Shown in pieces: positions 1 through 9,846 of a DNA stretch of 64,000 nt. The DNA comes from Syntrophorhabdaceae bacterium (GTDB lineage Bacteria; Desulfobacterota; Syntrophorhabdia; Syntrophorhabdales; Syntrophorhabdaceae): the NCBI GenBank assembly GCA_963665295.1, contig OY762209.1, positions 1,376,001-1,440,000 of the forward strand, read 5' to 3'. Every line of letters begins with the position of its first letter. Positions within the stretch are counted from its first letter, which is position 1. The notes below the pieces were generated by a model. That model searched no databases. It was not told where the DNA came from and saw nothing but the letters and a program-made list of their open reading frames with translations. The position numbers were made by a program, and so were the translations under genes.

Positions 1-8
1 TGGATGTA

Positions 9-2183
9 GTGAAGGAGTATGTCAACTTCGAAGATATCGAGAAAGGCTCGTCGCGGGTATGGGATTACGTGGAAGACGGCCGGGTGAGGATAAAGAAACT
101 GAGCTATGCCCTGAAGGGTAAGACCTTCGTGGACTTTTACGTGACCGGCACCCGGGCGGTGTACAAGGATGTGACCTTCAACGGCATCGAAGCGTTCATC
201 CACCTCGATGAAAGGAACCTCGACATCTCGGCCATGAGCGGCCGTTTCAAAGGGAGCGCTTTCCACGATGTTTCCGCCAGGTTTACCCTTTCCAATGGGA
301 AGATTGCCGCAAAGGGCGCGTATTCCCTCGACCTTAAGGATATCGGCGCCATCGCCAAGGTGAGCGATCTCACGTTTAAGGACGGCCTCACCACCGGTGT
401 GGTTGCCATGGAGCGAAGAAAGGACGGGAAGTTCGACTTCAGCGGCAGCGGCGCGCTGGAAAACGGCGAAATCGTGTGGAAGGAGATACCCCTCCATTCG
501 AAGGGCACGTACCGGTTCACCAACTCGACCCTCACCTTCGAGTCCCTCAATGTAAGCCGTGACGGCACGGACCTCGACATTACCGGACTTTTGACCGCGA
601 AAGAGATGAAGCTCAACCTGAAAGGCCGCCTCGACGCGGCCCACGTGGAGCGGATTTATCCCTTGCCATTCAAGGCGGCAGGGGCCGCGGACCTCGACGT
701 GCTGATCGACCGCACCGGCGAAGGCTTTCATGCCGCAGGCTCCCTCGGCATGAACGATGTGGCCTACGAGTTCCCGGACCTCATGAAGAAAGGGAAAGGG
801 ATAGCGAATATGGTCCGGTTCGACATTTCCCAGGGGGACGAGGGGGTCCATATCGCCCGACTCAAATATGACCTCGATGTCATTGACCTCGATGTCACCG
901 GCGACATAAGAAAGAACAGGAAGATGGACCTCGACGTTTCCATGAAGGTGGACGGGTTCGAGAGGGTGGCAAAGCTCTTCCTGGTGAACGATGACGGCGC
1001 CAGGGGAGACGCGCAGGCCGTCCTGTCCATCAGGGGCGTGGACCTCGTGAACAGGAGGACGTCATCCATAAAGGGCTACATGCACGTGAACAACGGGTTT
1101 GTGAGGCTCCCGGGGATGACGAAACCCTTCAAGGAGATAAACCTCACCGCAGACTTCAACGGCAACAACTTCGACATCCATATGACCCGGTTCAGGTGCG
1201 GGAACACGGTGCTCAAGGGGGGCGACCTCCATGTTGAGGGCCTTGAATCCCCCCGTTTTGTCCTTTCCCTCAATATGGACATGCTCGACCTTGCCGATTT
1301 CGAGGGCCGGTCGGAGTTCAAAATGAGCGGGCTCCGGCAGAATAACTCCTTTGCCCGTGCAAACGGACGCATCAGCTTCCTGGCAAGGGAGATGAGGGCG
1401 GGAAAATTCACTGCCAAAGACCTCACCCTTGCGGGCGTTATGGCGGACAGGAAGATCAATATCTCGGAATTCAAGGCGGACCTCTTCGGCGGCAGCGCCG
1501 ACGTGCACGGCACCATGGATTTTTCGGGTCCCGCCCCGCGGTTCTATGCGAGCGGCAGGATCGACAGGATAAAGGCCGGACTGTTGCTCGCGGCCTTCGA
1601 CGCCAATGCCCATATCTTTGACAGTACCGGGCTCGCGTACGGGAGCCTGAGCGCCCGGGGCGAGAAGCCGGAGGAGTGGCTGAAGAGCTTGAACGGCGAT
1701 CTGACCCTTTACAGCAAAGACGGGGTGATCAAGAAGTGGGACCTCCTTTCGAAGATCTTCGGGGTCCTCAACATCTACGATCTCGTGAGGGGCAAGGTCG
1801 ATCTCAGGGCCGACGGGCTTCCGTACAACAAAATGGGGGCGAGCTTCCGCGTGAAAGACGGCGTGTTCCGGACGGATAACTTCATCATCGACAGCTATGC
1901 CATGGTGATTACCGGGGCGGGGGACGTGAATGCGAGCAAGAAGGAGATCGCGGCGAGCATCACCGTGTCGCCCCTCGTGGCCATCGACACCTTTCTGGAC
2001 AAGATACCCATCATAAGGAGCGTTTTGAGAGGGAAGAAGAAGGGGTTCCTTTACGTGTCCTATGACGTGAAAGGCCCCATGGACGACCCGGACGTGAGCG
2101 TGAGCTTCATCGACAGCATCGGGACGAAGCCCCTCCAGATCATAAGAAATATACTGACTTTGCCTAAAGAGGTGTTCGAGTGA
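9..2183 (+). CDS. AsmA-like/YhdP-family envelope protein (C-terminal part; probably begins before the window)
   Basis: Long beta-rich ORF open from the window edge. C-terminal AsmA_2-like segment 'GLPYNKMGASFRVKDGVFRTDNFIIDSYAMVITGAGDVN...YDVKGPMDDPDV'. Confidence 0.75.
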   Translation: MKEYVNFEDIEKGSSRVWDYVEDGRVRIKKLSYALKGKTFVDFYVTGTRAVYKDVTFNGIEAFIHLDERNLDISAMSGRFKGSAFHDVSARFTLSNGKIAAKGAYSLDLKDIGAIAKVSDLTFKDGLTTGVVAMERRKDGKFDFSGSGALENGEIVWKEIPLHSKGTYRFTNSTLTFESLNVSRDGTDLDITGLLTAKEMKLNLKGRLDAAHVERIYPLPFKAAGAADLDVLIDRTGEGFHAAGSLGMNDVAYEFPDLMKKGKGIANMVRFDISQGDEGVHIARLKYDLDVIDLDVTGDIRKNRKMDLDVSMKVDGFERVAKLFLVNDDGARGDAQAVLSIRGVDLVNRRTSSIKGYMHVNNGFVRLPGMTKPFKEINLTADFNGNNFDIHMTRFRCGNTVLKGGDLHVEGLESPRFVLSLNMDMLDLADFEGRSEFKMSGLRQNNSFARANGRISFLAREMRAGKFTAKDLTLAGVMADRKINISEFKADLFGGSADVHGTMDFSGPAPRFYASGRIDRIKAGLLLAAFDANAHIFDSTGLAYGSLSARGEKPEEWLKSLNGDLTLYSKDGVIKKWDLLSKIFGVLNIYDLVRGKVDLRADGLPYNKMGASFRVKDGVFRTDNFIIDSYAMVITGAGDVNASKKEIAASITVSPLVAIDTFLDKIPIIRSVLRGKKKGFLYVSYDVKGPMDDPDVSVSFIDSIGTKPLQIIRNILTLPKEVFE

Positions 2184-3043
2184 AAATAGGGATTATCGGC
2201 GCGGGAAAAGTGGGAACGGCCATAGGCCATGCCATGAAGGACAGAGGCCTCGATGTGGTGGCCATATCGGATGTAAGAGACGAGTCCCTGGAGGCAGCGG
2301 GACGGTATCTGGGGAAGGGGTGCCTTTATACCCACCATAACCGGGCAGTGGTAGAGGCGTCGGACGTGATCGCCGTGACGACTCAGGACAGGGAAATACG
2401 AAGGGTGGCGCGGGAGGTTTACGAGGCCCCGACCGAAGTGAGGGGCAAGCTCTTCTTCCACACGAGCGGTGCCCATCCGTCGTCCATACTGTCCCCCCTT
2501 GACGAAAGAGGGGCAATCCTGGGCTCCCTCCATCCCCTGCAGACCTTCCCGGATATCGAGAGCGCTATAAGGGTGCTTCCGAGCACCTATGTATTCATCG
2601 AAGGCGACGAAGCCGCCCTGGGGACGCTACGGACCCTGGGTGCTGCGATAGGCTATCAGGCGGTAGTGATCGAAGGCCCTCAGAAGGTCCTCTATCACCT
2701 CTCCGCGGTCTTTGTCTGCAACCTCCTCTGTGCCCTCTTCTACAATGCGGAAGGAGTTATGGAAAAAATAGGCATAGACCTGGTCCCCTTTCACCCCATT
2801 ATCAACGCGACGTTAAAGAACATAGAAGAAAAAGGCCCGTTACTGTCCCTCACCGGCCCCATAGCGAGAGGCGACGCGGAAACGGTCCAAGACCACCTGA
2901 CCGCAATGAAAGGAATGGAATCCCAGCAGCGCACCTACAAGTCCCTGTCCCTTGTAGCGTTAGAAATGGCCGAAAGAAGAAATATCCTCGACAAAGAAAC
3001 CCTGGAAAAACTGCAAGCCGTCCTGAAAACCATAAAAGAGTAA
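2180..3043 (+). CDS. Rossmann-fold + DUF2520 oxidoreductase (PanG-like ketopantoate reductase family)
   Basis: GAGKVG dinucleotide motif, HTSGA, SLHPLQTF and LTGPIARGD motifs. GTGA overlap with the upstream gene. Confidence 0.85.
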   Translation: MKIGIIGAGKVGTAIGHAMKDRGLDVVAISDVRDESLEAAGRYLGKGCLYTHHNRAVVEASDVIAVTTQDREIRRVAREVYEAPTEVRGKLFFHTSGAHPSSILSPLDERGAILGSLHPLQTFPDIESAIRVLPSTYVFIEGDEAALGTLRTLGAAIGYQAVVIEGPQKVLYHLSAVFVCNLLCALFYNAEGVMEKIGIDLVPFHPIINATLKNIEEKGPLLSLTGPIARGDAETVQDHLTAMKGMESQQRTYKSLSLVALEMAERRNILDKETLEKLQAVLKTIKE

Positions 3044-3828
3044 AGCGTCCGGCGCGAGCGAAGGCGGCGAGCAGGCAGCCGGTCGGGCAGTGCGGCGTGG
3101 TAGAGCGAAAGGAAAGGTCCGGTGCGATTGGGAGTCCGTTCACGAGGTGACGGGCAGCGTCGGTGCGGGCCGCGTTGGAGGGATGAGCGTCGGTGCGGGC
3201 CGCGAGGCTTTGGGAGCGGGAGGTTATTGTCTTCCCGTTGTTTGTTGGTGTGAATGGTGCAGTGGATAGGTGGGGGCATGAAGCGAAGACTCCATATGCA
3301 CCCCTCTGCAAAGGGGCGAGCCCTCCTCCGTACGAGAGTACGGCTCCGGTCCACACCCCTTCACAGCCGGGCACATCTGAAGCCTTCACTCCATGCCCCC
3401 GCCTACTCCACCCGGCACATCTTATTTATTTTTAATCAATGGATGCCGGAAATAAAGGCCCAGTTGAAGAAGGGAGTATCACAAGTACTTTTGTTCCTTA
3501 CCCATAAGGAAGGCCCGTAGGGTTTCAGAGGGTTTATGGGTGTGGGGGGACGTCTTAAATATTTCAATCGACAATGTGACCTCGAGACTAGAGGGGCATC
3601 CTGTGGCGCGGTCTGGCACGTTGAAACAGAAGCCTTTGGCGCGAATAAACGCACGCGTGAAGTAATGTGTCTTTACAAATCAGCGTGGCGCAAGATATTG
3701 AAAATGAATCCAGGTAGTAAGACTATGGGGGCGTGGGAACGTAGTTTCTTTTGTTACACCTAAGCTTTTGTTATGCCTCTATACTCTCAGCCGGTGCATC
3801 TTTAGGCACCGGCTCGTGACGTGAAAAA

Positions 3829-3857
3829 TTGACACGAAACCGCGTTTGCGGTAAGAT
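3829..3857 (+). promoter_or_regulatory. Sigma70-type promoter for hicBA
   Basis: TTGACA-17 bp-TAAGAT, overlapped by an imperfect inverted repeat (acgaaaccgc...gcggtaagatttcgt). Confidence 0.6.
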
Positions 3858-3898
3858 TTCGTCATAGTACGAGAGCGTATCAAGCGGTGGAGGGCAGA

Positions 3899-4099
3899 AT
3901 GATCTACCATATTCTTATCGAACAGGACGAAGAAGGGTATTACGTGGTGAGCGTTCCGGCCCTGCCCGGGTGCGCCTCTCAGGGTAAAACCAAGGAAGAA
4001 GCGGTCCGGAATATACGGGAGGCCATCGCGGGATGGTTCGAAGTTATGGAAATGAAGAGCTGCGCGGACACTTCCCGCCTTATCGAAATCGCGGTTTAA
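3899..4099 (+). CDS. hicB: HicB-family antitoxin (short form without DNA-binding domain)
   Basis: YVVSVPALPGCASQGKTKEEAVRNIREAI motif. RBS ggaggg before ATG 3899. Confidence 0.9.
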   Translation: MIYHILIEQDEEGYYVVSVPALPGCASQGKTKEEAVRNIREAIAGWFEVMEMKSCADTSRLIEIAV

Positions 4100-4102
4100 G
4101 GA

Positions 4103-4321
4103 ATGACCGGATTAAAGTTATGCTCCGGGTCCGAGACAGTTAAGAAACTGAAACGGGCCGGGTGGAGCATCGCAAGGCAAAGAGGATCGCACGTAATGAT
4201 GGTAAAAGAGGGCTACGAGTGGACCCTTTCAATACCACAACACGCCGAACTTGGGCCGGGTTTGCTTAAGAAATTAATCGAGCAGGCAGGCATTAGCGTC
4301 GAAGAATTTAACGAACTATAG
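4103..4321 (+). CDS. hicA: HicA-family mRNA interferase toxin
   Basis: GW..RQRGSH..M...SIPQH..LGPGLL motif, directly downstream of hicB. Confidence 0.9.
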   Translation: MTGLKLCSGSETVKKLKRAGWSIARQRGSHVMMVKEGYEWTLSIPQHAELGPGLLKKLIEQAGISVEEFNEL

Positions 4322-4875
4322 TTAGACCTCCCGGCCGAGGCGCAGCTAACGAAACGCGACAAAGAAAAACGGGGTTGACAAACTAATAAACCGGGGTCAA
4401 AATTTACGGTCGGTTGCCGGAGAACACTGACCGGAAAGCATGTCTGGAAACGCTTTGGTGAAAGCTCGTACCCAGCCTCAATAACGATTCAAGACCCAAT
4501 ATTCCTCATGGTCGGACCTACTAATCTCCATGCAATAGACGCATCGGAGAAGTAGGCTGGACGACCATTTACTATTTGCTTTGCATAATCTAATCTTATT
4601 GAAATGTCGCGACGAGTACCGGGCAAGCCAGGGGGCAGGTATGCGTCAGAGTGCGAAGGTCTTATTGAGCAGATGAGGAATGCGACGTCTGACGAACTGC
4701 GAGTGTCGGTGGCCTTTCCGGTTTGGTCAACCAAGAAGCGAGTAAGTATCTGGAAACCCTGTTATGCCTCTATACTCTCAAGAGGTGCGTCTTTAGGTAC
4801 CGGCTCAAGACGGAGAATGACAGTGACGGTGCGGTGTGCTATACTTCGCCAAAGGATGAAAAGGAGGTTTTTGCC

Positions 4876-5952
4876 ATGACACTGCGACATGCAGCAGTCC
4901 TTTGCCGGCGCGCGCTTACATTCCTGGTGGTTCTTATGCTGCCCGTGTGCTTTCACGCCATGCCCGTATTTGCCGATGCCTCCGACGATATGGAGGCGGC
5001 CGCCAAGCCGACTGAAATGACCACGTCGAAAGGACGGGCCTGCTATGACACCTCACGCCACAAAGTGCTGTCCGTCCCCGTGGCGCGGGGGGTCCATGTC
5101 GAGGTGCTCGATTGGGGCGGTTCCGGAGATCCCCTGGTGTTTCTTGCGGGACTCGGCAACAGCGCCCACATCTTCGATGAGTTCGCCTATCAGTTTACCG
5201 ACAAGTTCAGGGTCATCGGCATCACGCGGCGGGGATACGGCCAGTCGAGCAGGCCAAAGCAGGGTCCCGAGCCGAATACAGGCTACGATATCACGACAAG
5301 GGCAGCGGACGACATCAAGGTCCTCGATCACTTCAAGTTCCAGAAGGCGATCTTTGTGGGGCACTCCGTTGCGGGGGTCGAGTTGGGCCGCCTCGGTGCG
5401 GTATATCCGGACCGGGTGATCAAGCTTGCATTCCTGGATGCTTACGACTACGGCCCCCTCCACGAGAAAATCCCCACCGATATCCCCGGCCCTCCGGGTC
5501 AGGCGCGCGACCTTTACTCCCCGCAGCACCTTGACGCCTATACCGTCCGCAACATGGGCTACCGGGGTGTGGCCGCCGATACCTGCAATGTCTTCAACAT
5601 CAACGGTGCGGGAAACGTGCTCGCCAACAAGACGACCAGGGAGATAGGCGACGCCGTCATAAAAGGTTCCGGCCTTGCGGACTTTGCGAGCATCACCGCG
5701 CCCACCCTGGGCATATTCACCTATCCGCAGGCGACTCCGCCCTATTATTATTTCCTGACCGCCGAGCAGCAGAAGACATTCGATGACGCCATGGCCCTGC
5801 TGGCCGTGTGGAAAGACGACGTAATCGACCGTTTCAGCGCGGGCATCAAGGATGTACAGGTAGTAAAGATACCCAATGCCCCCCACTATATCTTTCGGAG
5901 CAACGAGGCCGAAGTGGTGCACCTCCTCAGGACGTTCCTGCTAGGGGGATGA
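4876..5952 (+). CDS. Secreted alpha/beta hydrolase
   Basis: RBS aggagg before ATG 4876, signal peptide ending VFA, GHSVAG nucleophile elbow, C-terminal catalytic His (NAPHYIF). Confidence 0.85.
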   Translation: MTLRHAAVLCRRALTFLVVLMLPVCFHAMPVFADASDDMEAAAKPTEMTTSKGRACYDTSRHKVLSVPVARGVHVEVLDWGGSGDPLVFLAGLGNSAHIFDEFAYQFTDKFRVIGITRRGYGQSSRPKQGPEPNTGYDITTRAADDIKVLDHFKFQKAIFVGHSVAGVELGRLGAVYPDRVIKLAFLDAYDYGPLHEKIPTDIPGPPGQARDLYSPQHLDAYTVRNMGYRGVAADTCNVFNINGAGNVLANKTTREIGDAVIKGSGLADFASITAPTLGIFTYPQATPPYYYFLTAEQQKTFDDAMALLAVWKDDVIDRFSAGIKDVQVVKIPNAPHYIFRSNEAEVVHLLRTFLLGG

Positions 5953-6069
5953 GCCGCGCTTTTCAAGGGGGGCTCCAGGGAGGCGTGGGCCTACTACGTG
6001 GACGACGGACAATAACCCCTCGCCGTCAGGCCGGAGGCACTGTCGCCGGTGGCGTAGCGGCTAGCGAAA

Positions 6070-6497
6070 TGAGATCAGCAATGATCGAACAATCATGTCT
6101 CGATGAGAGAAATGGCCGTGGTGGGAGTGTAGGCTTTAATGGGGATCATTACAAATTGGGCGGTAGCCGTTTTGATGAAGCTAATCCCAATGCTCTCAGT
6201 TGGCTTGGAGGGCAGCAGGGTGGCAGGGGCTCTTTGTTTGGTATGATTCACTATTCACCCGGACCATTTTGGGATCATGTGGTTGAAACGTTCGCAGGGC
6301 CTCATGATTTCCTCAACTGGTATTGGTATAATGCCACGGGAACTATACGGCAAGGTATGAGCTGTCTCGAGGTAGCTATCGGTGAAGTCATAAATGCAGT
6401 CGATATACCTCTTGCCGCTCCTTTTGCGGCCGCAAGCATCACTCCCTCTCCCGTAGGAGGATTTATTGCGGCCCATATCGTGACTGATAGGCGATAA
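6070..6497 (+). pseudogene. Orphan polymorphic-toxin C-terminal fragment (CdiA/Rhs-type tip); 5' boundary uncertain
   Basis: AT-richer segment with LGGQQGGRGSLFG...YSPG..D...E..AGPHDFLN..WYN pattern and no delivery domain, followed by a small lipoprotein. Confidence 0.5.
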
Positions 6498-6509
6498 GGA
6501 GATTGCGCT

Positions 6510-6824
6510 GTGAAGGTAAAGATATTTTTGACTGCGATATTTACGTTTGGAATCTTGAGCTCATGTATCTCACATGAACGGGCAAAGCAATTGTTTGTTT
6601 ATGAAAGAAACTACGATGTGGGGAGAGCAGTCACCGTAGTTCCTCTTCCAAAACCCACTAAAATAGTACCGATTGATACGGAAAGCAGTCTTTATGTATA
6701 TGAATTCCAGAATACTGGTTGCCAATGGTCATACGTAGTCGATGACTCGACCAAAAGCATTCTTTCATGGAAGTTCATTAGCGACCCCGACCTGTGCTAC
6801 ATGAAGTTGCGAGCGGGTTATTAG
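6510..6824 (+). CDS. Small lipoprotein, putative cognate immunity protein
   Basis: RBS aaggag, lipobox LSSC, AT-rich, 12 nt after the toxin-like ORF. Confidence 0.6.
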   Translation: MKVKIFLTAIFTFGILSSCISHERAKQLFVYERNYDVGRAVTVVPLPKPTKIVPIDTESSLYVYEFQNTGCQWSYVVDDSTKSILSWKFISDPDLCYMKLRAGY

Positions 6825-6916
6825 GAAACCATTAGGGACATCCGTTGAATAGTACCCCTCAGGTTCAATTGAAAAGGGTCTTCCTAAGGGAGTATGGCAG
6901 GGAAGTCGGCGTCCCT

Positions 6917-6973
6917 GGTTCGCAGGGGTTTACTCGGTATGAAAACAAAGAGTTACGTTTCCGGTCGCATTTA
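6917..6973 (-). pseudogene. Remnant copy of the 3' end of the 64-aa gene at 9407-9601
   Basis: 57-bp match to 9394-9450 with 4 mismatches. Encodes NATGNVTLCFHTE*. Confidence 0.8.
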
Positions 6974-7288
6974 GAGGCGTGAAAGACGTCCTCAAACATT
7001 CCAATTGACAATGTGACCTCAAAACCGGAGGGACATCCTGTGCTGCGGCCTGGCACGTAGAAACAGAAGCCCTTGACGCAGGGCAAGAGTGCCCCCACAT
7101 GGTTTGATTGTGTCCGATGCGTCCTATCCTTTGCCATTTTCGCTATAAGTCCTCATAGCTATCCCGACTCAATAATAATTCTCACATGATATAACTGTGA
7201 TTCATCAGATTCACATTTTCGCTTGGACAGAAGACGATCCGGTAGTGTATCTTGCAACAGGTTAAAAGATTAATCGGACGGGAGGTTT

Positions 7289-9151
7289 TTGATGAGGGTA
7301 AGACATGGCTTCAATTCCATAATGAAACTGATGCTGATCGGAGTTTTCTCCATATTCGGCATGGTGGTGACGGACGCATGCGGGGCGGGTCACGATCTGG
7401 TGAATCCGCCTGTTAAGGGTTATCCCAACGGTCACCTGCTTGTTTCAACCGGGTGGGTGCAGAAAAACATCGGGGCAAAGGATCTCGTTATCATTGACGT
7501 GCGTACGAGCGGGTACGAGGCGTCTCATATCCCGGGCGCCATCAACCTTGTCCAGGACCGGTTCAAGACGGGAGGCAAGCTGCGAAGCCTGAAGGACCTG
7601 GAAGCCGGGCTCACCTCGGCAGGCCTCAGCAAGGACATGAAATTCGTCATCTACGACGACCCGTCCAAGCCTTTGGGAACCGCGGGGTGGTTCTTCTGGC
7701 TGTTAGAGTATCTCGGCTGCACGGACGTACACGTGCTGGACGGAGGTTGGGCGAAATGGCTCGCCGATGGCGGGGCGAAACAGGCGGAGGTAGCGCACAG
7801 ACCGAAGGCGGGAAGATTCGTAGCGAAGTCGAATGGGTCCGTCTCCGCCCGGGCCGCGCATATCGCCGCAAAATCGAAAAGCACGGATTTTGCCCTGATC
7901 GATGCGCGATCTCCGGAGGAGTTTAACGGCTGGCAGCTTTACGGCGAGTCACGCGGGGGTCATATTCCGGAGGCCGTCAATATAAATTACCTGTCTTTTT
8001 ACAATCCCGACAAGACCGTTATGGAGTATAAGGAGGTGAAAAGCCTTCTTGAGTCACGGGGCATCACGCCCGACAAGGAGGTTGTTTCCTACTCCACCGA
8101 CGGCATTCGTAGCGGCAGCGTTTACTTTGTTCTGAGATTGGCGGGATACGAACGGTCCTCCAACTATGACGGGTCCATACGTGAGTGGTCTCAGGACGCA
8201 GCCCTTCCAATGGAGAAACTCGCCCGTTATGAGAGACTTGTGTACCCCGCATGGGTAAAGGACCTGATCGACGGTAAAAACCCTCCCACTTACTCGGGCA
8301 AAAGATTTGTAATTCTTGAGACCCGATATACCGGCTTTTCCATCTCGCAGCTCACATCGTCCAAGCAGACAGGCTACATCCCCGGGGCCGTATCCGTTCA
8401 CCCGTGTTATGTCGAGCACGGAAACGACACGGCGAAATATTACCCCCATTATTCCGTACCGGGCGACGCGAAGCTCCTACCTGCCGACCGGCTTCAGACC
8501 GCCCTCGCCAACCTCGGGATCACGAAGGACACCACGATCGTCGTGTATGGCAACGGCATGATCATTCCCATGACCGCCGCGCGCGTGGCATGGGCATTGA
8601 TGTATGCGGGCGTTAAGGACGTGAGGGTTCTTAACGGCGGTTTCACCGCATGGCAAGCAGCGGGCTACCCCGTGGCCCCGGCGCCTGCCGCTTTGACGCC
8701 TGCAAAAGACTTCGGTGCGCAGGTTCCCCTCAACCCTGAATTTTACGCAACAGCCGACTATGTGCGGTCGGTGGTTAACCACCAGAAACCCGCCGTGGTG
8801 ATGGTTGATGTGCGGAAGAGAGAGGAATTTGACGGCAAAACATGCCCATACCCCTTCTTTAACAGAAAAGGGCGAATACCGGGCGCAGTATGGCAGGGCG
8901 ATTGGGATGCCCTGGTGAACACAAAGGACGACACCTTCAAAAGCTATCCGGAGGTGCGGAAAATGTGGCAAAACCTGGGGATCACGTCTGACAGGGAACC
9001 TGTTTTTTACTGCGGCACCGGCTGGCGTTCCACGATCGGATTTTTTCAAGCCTATTTGATGGGGTTTCAGAAACTGAGAAACTATGACGGCAGTTTTTAT
9101 GACTGGAGCTCAAATGCCGGCAATCCCATTGCCGACGGCAGCACAAAGTGA
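7289..9151 (+). CDS. Exported four-domain rhodanese/sulfurtransferase (YnjE-like)
   Basis: Signal peptide, repeated HIPGA and LDGG/LNGG motifs, C-terminal active loop CGTGWR and YDGS..W. Confidence 0.9.
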   Translation: MMRVRHGFNSIMKLMLIGVFSIFGMVVTDACGAGHDLVNPPVKGYPNGHLLVSTGWVQKNIGAKDLVIIDVRTSGYEASHIPGAINLVQDRFKTGGKLRSLKDLEAGLTSAGLSKDMKFVIYDDPSKPLGTAGWFFWLLEYLGCTDVHVLDGGWAKWLADGGAKQAEVAHRPKAGRFVAKSNGSVSARAAHIAAKSKSTDFALIDARSPEEFNGWQLYGESRGGHIPEAVNINYLSFYNPDKTVMEYKEVKSLLESRGITPDKEVVSYSTDGIRSGSVYFVLRLAGYERSSNYDGSIREWSQDAALPMEKLARYERLVYPAWVKDLIDGKNPPTYSGKRFVILETRYTGFSISQLTSSKQTGYIPGAVSVHPCYVEHGNDTAKYYPHYSVPGDAKLLPADRLQTALANLGITKDTTIVVYGNGMIIPMTAARVAWALMYAGVKDVRVLNGGFTAWQAAGYPVAPAPAALTPAKDFGAQVPLNPEFYATADYVRSVVNHQKPAVVMVDVRKREEFDGKTCPYPFFNRKGRIPGAVWQGDWDALVNTKDDTFKSYPEVRKMWQNLGITSDREPVFYCGTGWRSTIGFFQAYLMGFQKLRNYDGSFYDWSSNAGNPIADGSTK

Positions 9152-9171
9152 GAAGGTTTCGTTGAAAGCCA

Positions 9172-9200
9172 TGGGTCAAACCGTTTCTGAAGGTTTGACC
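9172..9200 (+). terminator. Hairpin downstream of the sulfurtransferase
   Basis: gggtcaaacc-9 nt-ggtttgaccc, 10-bp stem. Confidence 0.5.
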
Positions 9201-9406
9201 CTGACCTCCTATGAAGTCTGTCAATGAGAGGATTCTCGGTTCCGGGGCGTTTGCAGGAAAGCACGTGAACGAAAAACGATATCCCGTCGGTATGAAAGGA
9301 TGAAGGAGACTATGGAATCCCGCCGCAAGGAAGGGGTGTCATGCCGCGAAGGGAGGCTGAGTCACGATAGTCGAATATGTCTCCCAAGGGGCCGGTTCGC
9401 CGGGGT

Positions 9407-9601
9407 TTACTCTGTATGAAAACAGAGAGTTACGTTCCCGGTCGCATTTATCGTGGTGCCATCCGTCAATTCGATTTCCCAGAACGGTTTTTCTGCATCG
9501 GGATAGGAAACCTTGCTCACGCTATCCTCGTAATAGACGTCGTCATTGACACTCAACCTGACTAATTTCCTCTCCCCGAGTCCTTCAATTTCAATCTTCA
9601 T
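9407..9601 (-). CDS. Small hypothetical protein (64 aa)
   Basis: RBS aggaggg. Its duplicated 3' end at 6917-6973 differs only at synonymous sites in the coding part, which supports a real protein. Confidence 0.7.
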   Translation of the reverse strand: MKIEIEGLGERKLVRLSVNDDVYYEDSVSKVSYPDAEKPFWEIELTDGTTINATGNVTLCFHTE

Positions 9602-9846
9602 ATTCCCTCCTGAACGTTATCAACCGGGTGCCCATATTTCACATATCTAAGACAATGGCCTCTCTAAGTAGAGCGCGAAGTGCCCGGGTTATCCTCTCCG
9701 ATCATTTACCGGGAAGGCGTAACCCCCTCCGGAAGCTCCGGGAAGGCGGAAGAGTCGATAATACCATTCCCTGATATTCGTGAGAAATATGGTCAATGCA
9801 GGGCGATGTGGACCTTGTCCAATAGCCACAGGCGCACATCCTTCAC

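Noticed and set aside
3044..3250. G-rich intergenic stretch with a 19-bp direct repeat (agcgtcggtgcgggccgcg x2) and an 'aggaaaggtccgg' word reminiscent of RNase P RNA
   Set aside because: Only two repeat units with a short spacer, so not CRISPR. The RNase P match is imperfect and lacks the 3' consensus.
4321..4350. gttag...ctaac hairpin after hicA as a possible integron attC
   Set aside because: The core sites are in the reverse order for attC, it is too short, and there is no integrase or second site. More likely a terminator-like hairpin.
8089..8112. Selenocysteine in the rhodanese active site
   Set aside because: The codon is TCC (Ser) and there is no in-frame TGA.
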